Below are positions 47,710-59,797 of a stretch of DNA of 64,000 nucleotides, one piece after another. Every line of letters starts with the position of its first letter. The first letter of the stretch is position 1. Source of the stretch: Malacoraja senta (lineage: Eukaryota); the NCBI GenBank assembly GCA_038087875.1, contig CM075987.1, positions 17,796,001 to 17,860,000 of the forward strand. Reading direction: 5' to 3'. The position numbers and the translations under genes were made by a program. Under the pieces are notes generated by a model. It searched no databases and was not told the origin of the DNA. It saw only the letters and a program-made list of their open reading frames with translations.

Positions 47710-50700
47710 AGCCTACAGCCGAATATGTCCTTATCGGCCAAGATATCCTAGTGAGTCCCATTTTCTCACGTTTGGCCCATATCCCTCTAAACTTTTCTAT
47801 CCATGTACCTGTCCAAATGTCTTTTAAATTTGTATAGGACTTGCCCTAACTACCCCCTCTGGCAACACATTCCATATTCTCACTACCCCTGAATGAAAAG
47901 TTGTCCATCAGGCTCCTATGAAATCTTTTCCCTCTCACCTGAAACCTAAGAACTCTGGTTCTTGATTCCTTTACCATGGGTAAAGACAGTGCATTCACAC
48001 TATCCCCCTCATGATTATATATACCTCTATAAGATCACACCTCAGCCTCCTGCACTGCAAGGAATAGCACCTTTTTCTGCGTGCCACCACTCTGTGTAAC
48101 TTGACAATTTCATCCTGTAGCCATTGATCCCTTATTTACATGTCATTAGTAGTGACGTTTATTACACCCACTGACTGTTTATCCTCGCTGATGAGAATGT
48201 ACTGCAACCGCTTTGAGATATCCATGTACCTGTCACCAGGAGGACAACACAGAATTCAAGGGCCTTGTTCACCCAACTGCTCCCTTTACAATTGAGCCCC
48301 TATTTACTGCAGCTCTGCTGATCTTTGTCCTCGCTCATTGTGCAGCTGAGCTAGTCTCAGTGCCACAAACATGCCCGTTTCTTCCCATCCCAAAGAGGCT
48401 GCCCGCAAACGTATCCAACATGGTTGAGGCCAGTTCATTGACTATATTTAAGAGGGAATTAGATGTGGCCCTTGTGGCTAAAGGGATCAGGGGGTATGGA
48501 GAGAAGGCAGGTACGGGATACTGAGTTGGATGATCAGCCATGATCGTATTGAATGGCGGTGCAGGCTCGAAGGGCTGAATGGCCTACTCCTGCACCTAAT
48601 TTCTATGTATCTATGTATCTATGGTCTACCTGTTTAACAGAGGGACGGCCACAGGGGTCTCCTGCACCACCCGCCTGTGCCCACTGATCCCTGGTGGGCA
48701 CCCACTGCATTTCTACCCATTTTTTACAGGGTGACCAGCTCACTCTACATGCCATCCACAATGTCCTCAGCACCATGGATGATCCTCAGTGAGACCATCT
48801 TCAGCTCCAGATGTACAGGACATTAGTCAGGAGCTGAAGCAGGACACACAAATCACAAATCGGATTGATATTTTTGAAGAATTAACCAAAAAGGTCAATG
48901 AGGGCAGAGCTGTAGATGTTGTGTACATGGACTTCAGTAAGGTATTCGACAAGGTTCCGCATGATAGGCTGCTCTGGATCCAAGGAGAGATAGCTGAATG
49001 GATAGCAAATTGGCTCCATGGAAGAAAGCAGAGGGTGATGGTGGAAGATTGCTTCTCGGACTGGAGGCCTGTGACTAGTGGTGTGCCTCAGGGTTCGGTG
49101 CTGGTCCCATTACTGTTTGTCATCTACATCAATGATTTGGATGAGAACATACAGGGCAAGATCAGCAAGTTTGCTGACGATACAAAAGTGAGTGGTTTTG
49201 CAGATAGTGAAGATGGTTGAGAACGATTACAGCAGGATCTGGATCGATTGGCCAGGTGGGCGGAGGAATAGTTGATGGAATTTAATACAGAGACGTGTGA
49301 GGTGTTGCATTTTGGGACGTTAAACAAGGGCAGGACCTACACAGTGAATGGTAGGCCTCTGGGTAGTGTTGTAGAGCAGAGGGATCTAGGAGTACAGGTG
49401 CATGGTTCCTTGAAGGTCGAGTCGCAGGTAGATAAGGTGGTTGAATAGGCTTTTGGCACATTGGCCTTCATCAGTCAGAGTATTGAATATAGAAGTTGGG
49501 AGGTCATGTTGCAATTGTATAAGATGTTGGTGAGGTGGAAAAGATTGAATAGGAATCTGAGGGGTAACTTTTTCGCACAAATGGTGGCGGATGTATGGAA
49601 CAAGCTGCCTGAGGAGGTAGTTGAGGCAGAGACCACCATCCTTTGTGTGAAAAAGCTACCCCTCAGATTCCTATCGAATATTTTCCCCATTGCCTTGAAC
49701 CTATGTCCTCTGGTCCTCGATTCCCCTACTCTGGACAAGAGAGTCTGTGCATCTACCCGATCTATTCCTCTCATGATTTTGTACACCTCTATAAGATCAC
49801 CCCTCACCCTCCTGCATTCCAAGGAATAGAGATCCAGCCTACTCAACCTCTCACTGTAGCTCACACCCTCTAGTCCTGGAAACATCCTCGTCAATCTATT
49901 CTGTACCCTTTCAAGCTTGACAATATCTTTCCTATAACATGGTGCCCAGAACTAAACACAATATTCTAAATGCGGTCTCACCACCATTTTCTACAACTGC
50001 AACATGACCTCCCAACTTCTATACTCAATACTCTGACTGATGAAGGCCAATGTGCCAAAAGCCTATTTGACCACCTTATCTACCTTCTCCCGCCCGAGTT
50101 GCGGGGTTGAAGAGCACCTGGAGCGGGGCTTTATCCCCCCGCGCGGCTTGGAATGGCCGCCGGACTTTGCGAGCGCGCGCCGGGGCTCTAACACCAAGAC
50201 CCGGTGCGCGACCTTGCATTAACCGGCGTGGCTTTAATGGCCGCGGGATAATCACCATCGCCCGCCGGGGGCTTTGACTTTGACTCTGGCATCGGGGGGG
50301 GGGGGGAGTGCAGTGGAGAGATACGTTTTTTTTTACGTCCATCACAGCGCTGTGATGGATGTATGTGTAAATTGTGTTGTGTCTCGGGTCTTCTTCGATT
50401 TGTAATGTATGGCTGCAGAAACGACATTTCGTTTGGACCATAAGGGGGTCCAAATGACAAATTTGTCCAAAAGACAAATAAACAAATTGTAATTGTAAAA
50501 ATTGTAATTGTAATTGTAATTGTAAAATTGTAAATTGTACCTGCGACTCGACCTTCAAGGAACCATGCACCTGTTCTCCTAGATCCCTCTGCTCTACAAC
50601 ACTACCCAGAGACCTACCATTCACTGTGTAGGTCCTGCCCTTGTTCGACGTCCCAAAATGCAACACCTCTCCTAACCTGTCCAAGTCCTTCTGCAGAGTC

Positions 50701-51066
50701 ATTGCTTCCTCTTCACTGCCTGCCCCTCCACCTATCTTAGCATCATCTGCAAACCTGGCCACCTTCAACCCACTTATCCAAATCTTTAATATACAATGTA
50801 AACAGTAGCGGCCCCAGCACTGACCCTTGCGGAACTCCGCTAGTCACTGGCAGCCAACCTGAAAAAGTGCCTTTTTGCCTTCTCTTTGCCTTCTGCCACC
50901 CAGCAAACCTGCTATCCATGCTGTTATCTTCCCTATAATACCGTGGGCTCTCATCTTCCCTAGCAGCCTGAGTGGCAGCACCGTGTTGTACTTCTGAAAA
51001 TCTAGGTAAACAACATCTACAGCCTCCCCTCTGTCCTCAAAGAACTCCAGCAGATTTGTCAGGCAA
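47710..51066. mobile_element. Patchwork of old CR1 fragments in both orientations
   Basis: DFSKVFDKVPH...GVPQGSVL...KFADDTK (+, 48865-49530), reverse-strand copies (49630-51066), and a 3' UTR piece (48421-48623). Confidence 0.8.
50086..50537 (+). mobile_element. Unclassified GC-rich non-autonomous retroposon (5'-truncated copy)
   Basis: Homologous to the reverse complement of ~54250-54665; 3' hairpin tttggacc...ggtccaaa; (aattgt)n tail; tacct duplicated at 50081-50085 and 50538-50542 inside a CR1. Confidence 0.75.
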
Positions 51067-54000
51067 TCATATAACAGTTCGTAACATAGTTTCAACACAT
51101 AGCACTTAGGGAGAAACACTACAATTAAGTAAAGAAACATTCTCACTAGATAATGAAACATCTTTGGTGAGAACACTCTACTGAACCAATCACAAGTACT
51201 GGCAGTAAGGTACTGCAACATAATTGAGACATAACATTTCCCCAACCAATCCCAAGCTTGCCTTTAGCATCAGGGCATAGCTTCATCTGCAGAATCCCAG
51301 ACATATTGGCAACTTGCAGCCCACATCAGGACATAAACCTTCTCCGACCCCTTCCCAGGCTTCAGACTCCCTGCAGTCATCTATGTCACATGGTTCTGCA
51401 ACTCCCTGCAAATTATGTCAAGCAGGTTTCACAGATCTTTGCACAGACATCTTCCATTTTCCCAAGTACCCAAACCACTGAATATTAACACCCTCCCCCC
51501 CTTTTATCATTCTATGATAAATAAAACAGGGTAAAACGACAACTGTTCACATTATGCAATCTGACAATGATGGTGATGTCGTTGTCAGAACTCTAAGTCA
51601 CTTCCCGACTTACATGGGCATAGCTTCAAAGAATTCTGACTGACGAGTCTCCACCTCCCAAGTTTAAATTGGCATGAATTATCTTGATCCACCACGTCAG
51701 CTTGCTTTACTCTTGACTCCTGATGTGATGTTCCTATACTAAGATTCCTTGTGGAAAAGAAGATACAAGCTCATATCTCTTAGCATTTTAAAGGATAGAA
51801 CATAATTGGTCATCTCTGTAGTCATATGATGGAAATTGACAACCTTTGGAGTATTTTGGTTCCATGGAGTTCTAAATGGACGTCCATATATAATATCAGC
51901 TGGGCTTAAGCTTGATCTTCCTGCAGGTGTAGTACGCACCTTAAACAATGCAATAGGGAGCAATTTAATCCAATTAATTCCTGTCTCAGCATTTAATTTA
52001 ACCAATTTAGTTTTTAGAGTCTGATTTGCTCTTTCGACAAGTCCAGCAGCCTATGGTCAAGAAGCACAGTGTAACTGTTGCTGGATGCCCATCTGATCAT
52101 AAAATTCTTTGTTAATTTGCCCAATAAAATGAGGACCATTGTCAGAGCAAAGCCAAATTGCAGTGCCGAATCTGGGGATGTCTCACATAAGCACCTCGAC
52201 AACAGTAGAGGCCTTGTTATCAAGTGTCGGGTAGGCCTCAATCCATTTACTGAATACATCGACAATCACAAGTACATACCAATATTGTTGGCACCTTTCT
52301 AATTCGATGTAGTCCATTTGAAGAGTCTCAAAGGGATTCTTGGGTAGAGGTGTTTTCCCATTCTCACAACTCACTCCCTTCCCAGGATTATGTTGCCAGC
52401 AAGTAAGACAACAGCTACTAACCTTCTGAGCCAAAGTCTGTATTTTTGGATGCCACCAAGTAGCCGATAGAGCATCACCAATTGCACCAGCATCACAGTG
52501 AGTTGCAAAGTGCATGCATTCCATAACTCACACTGCCAGTGTATCTGGCATACATGTCTGGCCTGCTGGAGTAATCCACCATCCTGACATCCAATCAATT
52601 GTGCAACCAAGCTGTTTCCATAATCTTATATCTTTATCAGTAGCTTCCTCCTGTAACTGAATAATTTCCGGGATATTTGGCATTGGCTTTTTCCGAGGGA
52701 GACCTATCTTTACATTTACTTTTAAACTGCCTCATCATCTTAGGCACAACCACCTTGCGTTCCCGGGACACCTCCTTAGCTGTTTGGTCAGCACAACAAT
52801 TCCCTATGTCTATTGGGGTCTGGCCCCTTGTATGAGCACTACATTTTATTACTGAGATTTGTTTGGGTAATAGCAAAGCTTGCAGCAAACCGGACACTAA
52901 TTGCTGGTGTGATATTAGTGTTTGTGTGGAAGTTAAAAACCCTCTGTTTTTCCATAATTGGCCAAAGTCGTGAACTACTCCAAATGCATATCTTGGGTCG
53001 ATATATATTTACTTTTGAATCCTTTCCTATAATACAAGCTCTTATTAGGGCAAACAGCTCTGCTTGCTGGGCAGAGAATGGTGTTTCGAAGGCAGCCGCC
53101 TCTATGCTATTTCCAGTCTGATCTACCACGGCATATCCAGAAAGCCTTTCTCCAAGGGGTCCGATTGATGCACTCCCATCCACATATAGACTTATATCAG
53201 GGTCTGCCATAGGGACATCCTTTAAATCTTCTCTGACGGAAGTATCTTCCTTGATAATAAACAGACAGTCATGTTCTAATTCTAATTGTTCTTCAGGTGG
53301 CTCAGTGAGGAATGAGGTTGGATTAATAGTGGTGTAATGTTTAAATTGTAATTTAGGATTATTTAACGTATACTTCATATTTATTTTGGCGAGTCATTGT
53401 CAGATGTTGAGTTTGCAGTTGTCCCAACAAGGCAGCCACTGAATGGGAACTGTATACTGTTATCTCCTGCTGAAGGGTCAGATTAGCAGCAGATTGCAAA
53501 CTATTATAAATTGCTGTCAAAATATTAGTGCAAATTGGTTGTCCCCTTGCCACTGGGTTGAGTTTTGAACAACAATAAGCTAATCCCCATGTTTTTGGGT
53601 GAGGACTGCAGTTGAACATTTGGAAAGGATGGTACAGTACAGTTGGAAAGGTCTGTCATAGAGTGGCCTTCCTAGTGCTGGAGTTTGCATCAAAGATTTC
53701 TTTAGATTTTTTACAGCTTCCTGGGCTACTTCTGATAATTGGAATTCACCCTCCATGCTGGTATAAGGAATCAACTCCTTAGTGTTATTACTCCCGGGAA
53801 TTTTACTTTTTGCTGAGCCATCAATACTTTCAACAGAGAGACCACATTTCCCAATGTTGCCAAATGGTTTAATAATTGAGTAGTATCCTCATGGTTGCTC
53901 TGCTCATCCAAACTAGCCACCAGTAAATCGTCCACATACTGAACCAAAGTGGATCCACATTTAAAATTTAAAGTCTTTAACTGTCCCTGAAGACATCGAG

Positions 54001-55373
54001 AGAATAAAGTGGGTATATTAATAAATCCCTGAGGTAATCTTGTCCACGTATATTGATGTCCTCTGTAAGTGAATGCAAATGAGCATTGGCTGTTTTGGTG
54101 CAGAGGTAATGAAAAGAAGGCATGCTGCAGATTTACAATTGAAAAAATCTTCACCTCTGCTGGAATCAAGGCTAAAATATGAGCCGGGTTTGGCACCAAG
54201 GCATGGAGCGGTTCCACTACTGCGTTGATAGATCTTAATTTCAATTCAATTCAATTTTGTCTTTTGGACAAATTTGTCATTTGGACCCCTTGAGGTCCAA
54301 ACGAAATGTCGTTTCTGCAGCCATACAATACAAAACGAAGAAGACCCGAGACACAACACAATTTACACATACATCCATCACAGCGCTGTGATGGAAGGCA
54401 AAAAAAACGTATCTCTCCACTGCACTCCCCCCCCCCCCCCGATGTCAGAGTCAAAGTCAAAGCCCACGGCGGGCGATGGTGATTGTCCCGCAGCCATTGT
54501 CCCGCAGCCATTAAAGCCACGCCGGGTGATGCAAGGTCGCGCACCGAGTCTTGGTGTTAGAGCCCCGGCGCGCGCTCGCAAACTCCGGTGGCGATTCCAA
54601 GCCGCGCGGGGGGATAAAGCCCCGCTCCAGGTGCTCTTCAACCCCGCAACTTGGGCGGGAGAAGTCGCCGCTGCGGAAGCCCCGAAAAGCGGTCTCCCAC
54701 CAGGGGACCCGCGGGCCTCCAGTGTTGCCGTCCGCCAGACCCGCGGTTGTAGCCTCCGAATCTCCGGCGGTCGGGTAGCAGCAGCGATTGTCTCCACCAC
54801 AGCTCCACCCGCTCCGGACTCGGCCAGCCCCGCGACGGTGAGTAGTCCGCAGCTCCGCAACTGGAGCCCCAGGTCGTTCCTGCTGGAGGCCGCTCCACGT
54901 TGCCCAGCCCCAACGACAACGGAGACCCGACAAAGAAAAGGTCGGGTCTCCCGTGCAGCGGAAAGATTTCAAAGTTTCCCCCCCCCACCCCCACCCCCAC
55001 CCCCCCACACACATACCCCGACAAAAAAAAATAATAAAAAACTACATAAAAACAAGACAAAAATAATAAAAAGACAGACGGACTGCAGAGGCCGCTGCAG
55101 ACGAAAGTCGCGCCGCCGGTACAGACTGGACCAGTCTGTACCGGCCCTCTTTCCCTGCCTTTGGCACTGCAAGGATCGGTGTATTACAAATGGACTGACG
55201 CTCCACCAGGATGCATTGCTCCAGTAATCCCCAAATCTGTTTGTCTATACTTGGGATTGCTTGTTCTTTTAATGGGTTCTGCAACTCCCTGCAAATGATG
55301 TCAAGCAGGTTTCACAGATCTTTTCACAGACATCTTCCATTTTCCCAGGTACCCAAACCCCTACATATTCACA
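51067..55373 (-). mobile_element. Endogenous retrovirus, class I (gamma/epsilon-like) pol; no gag/pro/env; LTR remnants
   Basis: RT NTPILAVPK...YRLVQ|LRSIN...AFFSLPL...QYTWTRLPQGF...LVQYVDDLLVA. RNase H LYVDGS...SAQQAELFAL. Integrase HFATH...CLTC...PFETLQMDYIE...VDVFSKWIEAYP...LSPADIIYGRP. PPT aaaagggggggaggg then TGT at 51490. LTR direct repeat 51392-51490 vs 55275-55373. Outer (left) LTR boundary uncertain. Confidence 0.88.
54239..55114 (-). mobile_element. Unclassified GC-rich non-autonomous retroposon (longer copy) inserted in the ERV RT
   Basis: Same family as 50086-50537; (aattg)n tail at 54239-54256; splits YRLVQ|LRSIN. Confidence 0.75.
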
Positions 55374-56010
55374 CACCTTCTGGATTATTCCCAGAAATAC
55401 CTGCCATTGCTGTTCCACCGTCATCCCTGCTTGGCTCCCTTTCCAGTCAACTTTGGACAACTTCTCACTCATGCCCCCATAATCCCAAATGCAATACTGA
55501 CACTTCTGATTTTACCATCTCCCTCTCAAATTGCAGATTAAAACATCATATTATGAGCACTATGTCCTAATGGTTCCTTTACCTTGAGTTCCCTTATCAA
55601 ATCCAGAATTGTCTTCTCCCTGGTAGGCTCCAGTACAAGCTGATCTGAATCCATCATGGAGGCACTCTACAAACTCCCTTTCTTTGGATCCAGTGCCAAC
55701 CTGATTTTCCCAGTGTGCCTGCATATTGAAATCTCCCAGAACCACCGTAGCATCACCTTTGTTACATGTGTTAAAGAAGGAACTGCATTTTATTACATTT
55801 GTTACATGCCAATCTTAACTCCTGATGCACCCTATATCCAGGCTACTGTTTGGGGGCCTGTAGATAACTCCCATTAGGGTCTTTTTCCTCTTACAATTTC
55901 TCAGCTCTATCCACAATTACTCTACAATACATCATCTGATTCTATGTCAATAGGTGCAGGAGTAGGCCATTCGGCCCTTCGAGCCAGCACCGCCATTCAA
56001 TGTGATTAGA
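55374..56010 (-). mobile_element. CR1 endonuclease-region and 3' tail fragments
   Basis: VLGDFNM...W, WQVFLGIIQKV; CR1 3' UTR complement at ~55950-56005. Confidence 0.75.
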
Positions 56011-56040
56011 TCATTAGCTCCGCCAGCTCTGCCATTCATA

Positions 56041-57020
56041 TAATATAACCATTACAGCACGGAAACAGGCCATCTCGGCCCTTCAAGTCCGTGCCGAACA
56101 TTTAAAAAAAAAAAATTTACATTTTTTAAAATTAATACTTCCCCCTAGTCCCATCTACCTGCACTCAGACCATAACCCTCCATTCCTTTCCCGTCCATAT
56201 ACCCATCCAATCTATTTTTAAAGGATAACATCGAACCTGCCTCCACCACTTCCACTGGAAGCTCATTCCACACAGCTACCACTCTCTGAGTAAAGAAGTT
56301 CCCCCTAATGTTCCCCCTAAACTTCTGTCTCTTAATTCTCAAGTCATGTCCCCTTGTTTGAATCTTCCCTACTCTCAATGGGAAAAGCTTATCCACGTCC
56401 ACTCTGTCTAACCCGCTCATAATTTTAAAGACCTCTATCAAGTCCCCTCTTAACCTTCTGCGCTCCAAAGAATAAAGACCTAACTTGTTCAACCTTTCTC
56501 TGTAACTTAGTTGCTGAAACCCAGGCAACATTCTAGTAAATCTCCTCTGTACTCTCTCTATTTTGTTGACATCCTTCCTATAATTAGGCGACCAAAATTG
56601 TACTCCATACTCCAGAATTGGCCTCACCAATGCCTTGTACAATTTTAACATTACATCCCAACTTCTATATTCAATGCTCTGATTTATAAAGGCCAGCACA
56701 CCAAAAGCTTTCTTTACCACCCTATCTACATGAGATTCCACCTTCAGGGAACTATGCACAGTTATTCCTAGATCCCTCTGTTCAACTGCATTCCTCAATT
56801 CGCTACCATTTACCGTGTACGTCCTATTTTGATTTGTCCTGCCGAGATGTAGCACCTCACATTTGTCAGCATTAAACTCCATCTGCCATCTTTCAGCCCA
56901 CTCTTCCAAATGGCCTAAATCTCTCTGTAGACTTTGAAAATCGACTTCATTATCCACAACACCACCTATCTTAGTATCATCTGCATACTTACTAATCCAA
57001 TTTTCCACACCATCATCCAG
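56041..57020 (-). mobile_element. CR1 LINE 3' ~1 kb (same subfamily as 20319-21763)
   Basis: ORF 56145-57008 (WISKYADDTKIGG...) is open to the natural stop; 3' UTR shared with 20340-20520. Confidence 0.92.
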
Positions 57021-57040
57021 ATCATATGATTTGTTAATTA

Positions 57041-58700
57041 GTTAAGACCAAAGTTGGACACTTGAAGATCGAAAAAGGTGAATTTATTATTGGGAACAAG
57101 GAAATGGCAGATGAGTTGAACAGGTACTTTGGATCTGTCTTCACTAAGGAGGACACAAACAATCTTCCTGATATAGTAGTGGCCAGAGGATCTGGGGTGA
57201 CAGAGGAACTGAAGGAAATCCACATTAGGCAGGAAATGGTGTTGGATAGACTGATGGGATTGAAGGCTGATACATCCCCTGGGCCTGATAGTTTGCATCC
57301 CAGGGTGCTTAAGGAAGTGGCTCTAGAAATCGTGGATGCATTGGTGGTCATTTTCCAATGTTCTATAGACTCAGGATCAGTTCCTGTGGATTGGAGTGTA
57401 GCTAATGTTATCCCACTTTCAAGAAAGGTGGGAGAGAGAAAACAGGGAATTATAGACCAGTTAGCCTGACATCGGTGGTGGGGAAGATGCTGGAGTCAAT
57501 TATAAAAGATGAAATAGCGGCACATTTGGATAGCAGTAACAGGATCGGTCCGAGTCAGCATGGATTTACGAAGGGGAAATCATGCTTGACTAATCTTCTG
57601 GAATTTTTTGAAGATGTAACTAGGAAAATGGACAAGGGAGAGCCAGTGGATGTAGTGTACCTGGACTTTCAGAAAGCATTTGATAAGGTCCCACATAGGA
57701 GATTAGTGGGCTAAATTAGGGCACATGGTATTGGGGGTAGAGTGCTGACATGGATAGAAAATTGGTTGGCAGACAGGAAACAAAGAGTAAGGATTAAAGG
57801 GTCCCTTTTGAATGGCAGGCAGTGACTAGTGGGTACCGCAAGGCTCGGTGCTGGGACCACAGCTATTTACATTATACATCAAAGATTTGGATGAAGGAAT
57901 TCAAAGTAACATTAGCAAATTTGCAGATGACACAAAGATGGATGGCAGTGTGAACTGTGAGGAGATGCTATGAAAATGCAGGGTGACTTGGACAGGTTGG
58001 GGGAGTGGGCAGATGCATGGCAGTTGAAGTTTAATGCGGATAAATTGAGGTTATCCACTTTGGTAGCAAAAACAGGAAGGCAGATTACTATCTAAATGGC
58101 GTCAAGTTGGGAAAAGGGGAAGTACAACGGGATCTGGGGGTCCTTGTATATCAGTCTATGAAAGTAAGCATGCAGGTACAGCAGGCAGTGAAGAAAGCGA
58201 ATGGCATGTTGGCCTTTATAACAAGAAGAATCGAATATAGGAGCAAAGAGATCCTTCTGCAGTTGTACAGAGCCCTAGTGAGACCACACCTGGAGTATTG
58301 TGTGCAGTTTTGGTCCCCTAATTTGAGGAAAGACATTATTGCTATTGAGGAAGTGCAGCGTAGGTTTACAAGGTTAATTCCCGGGATGGCGGGACTGTCA
58401 TATGCTGATAGAATGGAGCAGCTGGGCTTGTACACTCTGGAGTTTGGAAGGATGAGAGGGTATCTCATTGAAACATATAAGGTTGTTAAGGGTTTAGACA
58501 CGCTAGAGGCAGGAAACATGTTCCAGATGTTGGGGAGTCCAGAACCAGGGGCCACAGTTTAAGAATAAGGAGTAAGCCATTTAGAATGGAGACGAGGAAA
58601 CACTTTTTCTCACAGAGTGGTGAGTCTGTGGAATTCTCTGCCCCAGAGAGTGGTGGAGGCAGGTTCTCTGGATGCTTTCAAGAGAGAGCTAGATAGGGCT
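57041..58700 (+). mobile_element. CR1 ORF2 RT fragment, frameshifted
   Basis: YFGSVFTKED, SPGPDSLHPRVLKE, QHGFTKGKSCLTNL, DFQKAFDKVPH. Confidence 0.9.
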
Positions 58701-58769
58701 CCGTAAATCAATGCTGACTCGGACCGATCCTGTTACTGCTATCCAAATGTTTGGCTATCTCATCTTTTA

Positions 58770-59246
58770 TAATTGACTCCGCCTTTCTTAAAAAGTGGGA
58801 TAACATTACCTACCCTCCAATCCACAGGAATTGATCCTTAGTCTATGGAACATTGGAAAATAATTACCAATGCATCCACAATTTCAAGAGCCACTTCCTT
58901 AAGTACCCTGGGATACAGACCATCAGGCCTAGGGGATTTATCAGCCTTCAGTCACATCAGTGAAGACAAATCCAAAGTACCTGTTCAACTCATCTGCCAT
59001 TTCCTTGTTCCCCATAATAAATTCATAAATTCACCTTTTTCGGTCTTCAAAGGTCAAACTTTGGTCTTAACTATTTTTTCCCTCTTCACATACCTAAGAA
59101 AAGCTTTTACTATCCTGCTTTATATTCTTGGCTAGCTTACCTTCGTACCTCATCTTTTCTCCCCGTATTGTCTTTTTGGTTATCTTTCTGTTGTTCTTTA
59201 AACATTACCCAATCCTCTTGCTTCCCCGCTCAATCTTTGCTACGTT
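58770..59246 (-). mobile_element. CR1 ORF2 fragment
   Basis: Reverse-complement homology to 57041-57420 and 41840-42350. Confidence 0.75.
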
Positions 59247-59446
59247 NNNNNNNNNNNNNNNNNNNNNNNNNNNNNNNNNNNNNNNNNNNNNNNNNNNNNN
59301 NNNNNNNNNNNNNNNNNNNNNNNNNNNNNNNNNNNNNNNNNNNNNNNNNNNNNNNNNNNNNNNNNNNNNNNNNNNNNNNNNNNNNNNNNNNNNNNNNNNN
59401 NNNNNNNNNNNNNNNNNNNNNNNNNNNNNNNNNNNNNNNNNNNNNN
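59247..59446. other. Assembly gap (200 N)
   Basis: Run of exactly 200 N. Confidence 0.99.
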
Positions 59447-59543
59447 TGTGTAGGGTCGTGTTAATGTGTGCGGATCGCTGGTCATTGGGACCCAGTGGGC
59501 CAAAGGGCCTGTATCCACGCTGTATCTCTAAACTAAACTAAAA
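59447..59543 (+). mobile_element. 3' end of a CR1-tailed SINE (HE1-like)
   Basis: ggatcgctggtc...tgggccaaagggcctgtatccacgctgtatctctaaactaaactaaa. The CR1-like tail is visible; the family name is from recollection of elasmobranch SINEs. Confidence 0.5.
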
Positions 59544-59561
59544 TGACCTAGAGGTAAATGC

Positions 59562-59797
59562 AGGTAGACAAAAATGCTGGAGAAACTCAGCGGGTGAGGC
59601 AGCATCTATGGAGCGAAGGAAATAGGCAACATTTCGGGTCGAAACCCTTCTTCAGACTCAGACCTCAGTCTGAAGAAGGGTCTCGACCTGAAACGTTGCC
59701 TATTTCCTTCACTCGATAGATGCTGCCTCACCGTTGAGTTTCTCCAGCATTTTTGTCTACCTTCGATTTTCCAGCATCTGGAGTTCCTTCTTAAACA
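59562..59797. mobile_element. Penelope-like inverted pseudo-LTR pair (palindrome) with 15-bp TSD
   Basis: 59562-59658 is the reverse complement of 59667-59762. tagaggt(a/c)aatgcag at 59549-59563 and 59798-59812 inside a CR1. Confidence 0.85.
59667..59700 (+). ncRNA. Minimal type I hammerhead-ribozyme-like motif (mirror copy on the - strand at 59625-59658)
   Basis: CTGAAGA (59670-59676), short stem II, GAAAC (59690-59694), GTT; palindromic AACGTT helix III; helix I pairing weak. Confidence 0.55.

Noticed and set aside
49295..50668. Inverted CR1 pair as a functional dsRNA hairpin
   Set aside because: Opposite-orientation CR1 fragments are expected at this density; no sign of selection or transcription.
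54274..55227. 317-aa Pro/Ala-rich ORF and overlapping ORFs
   Set aside because: High GC suppresses stops in several frames on both strands; the ORF crosses element boundaries and has no domain motif.
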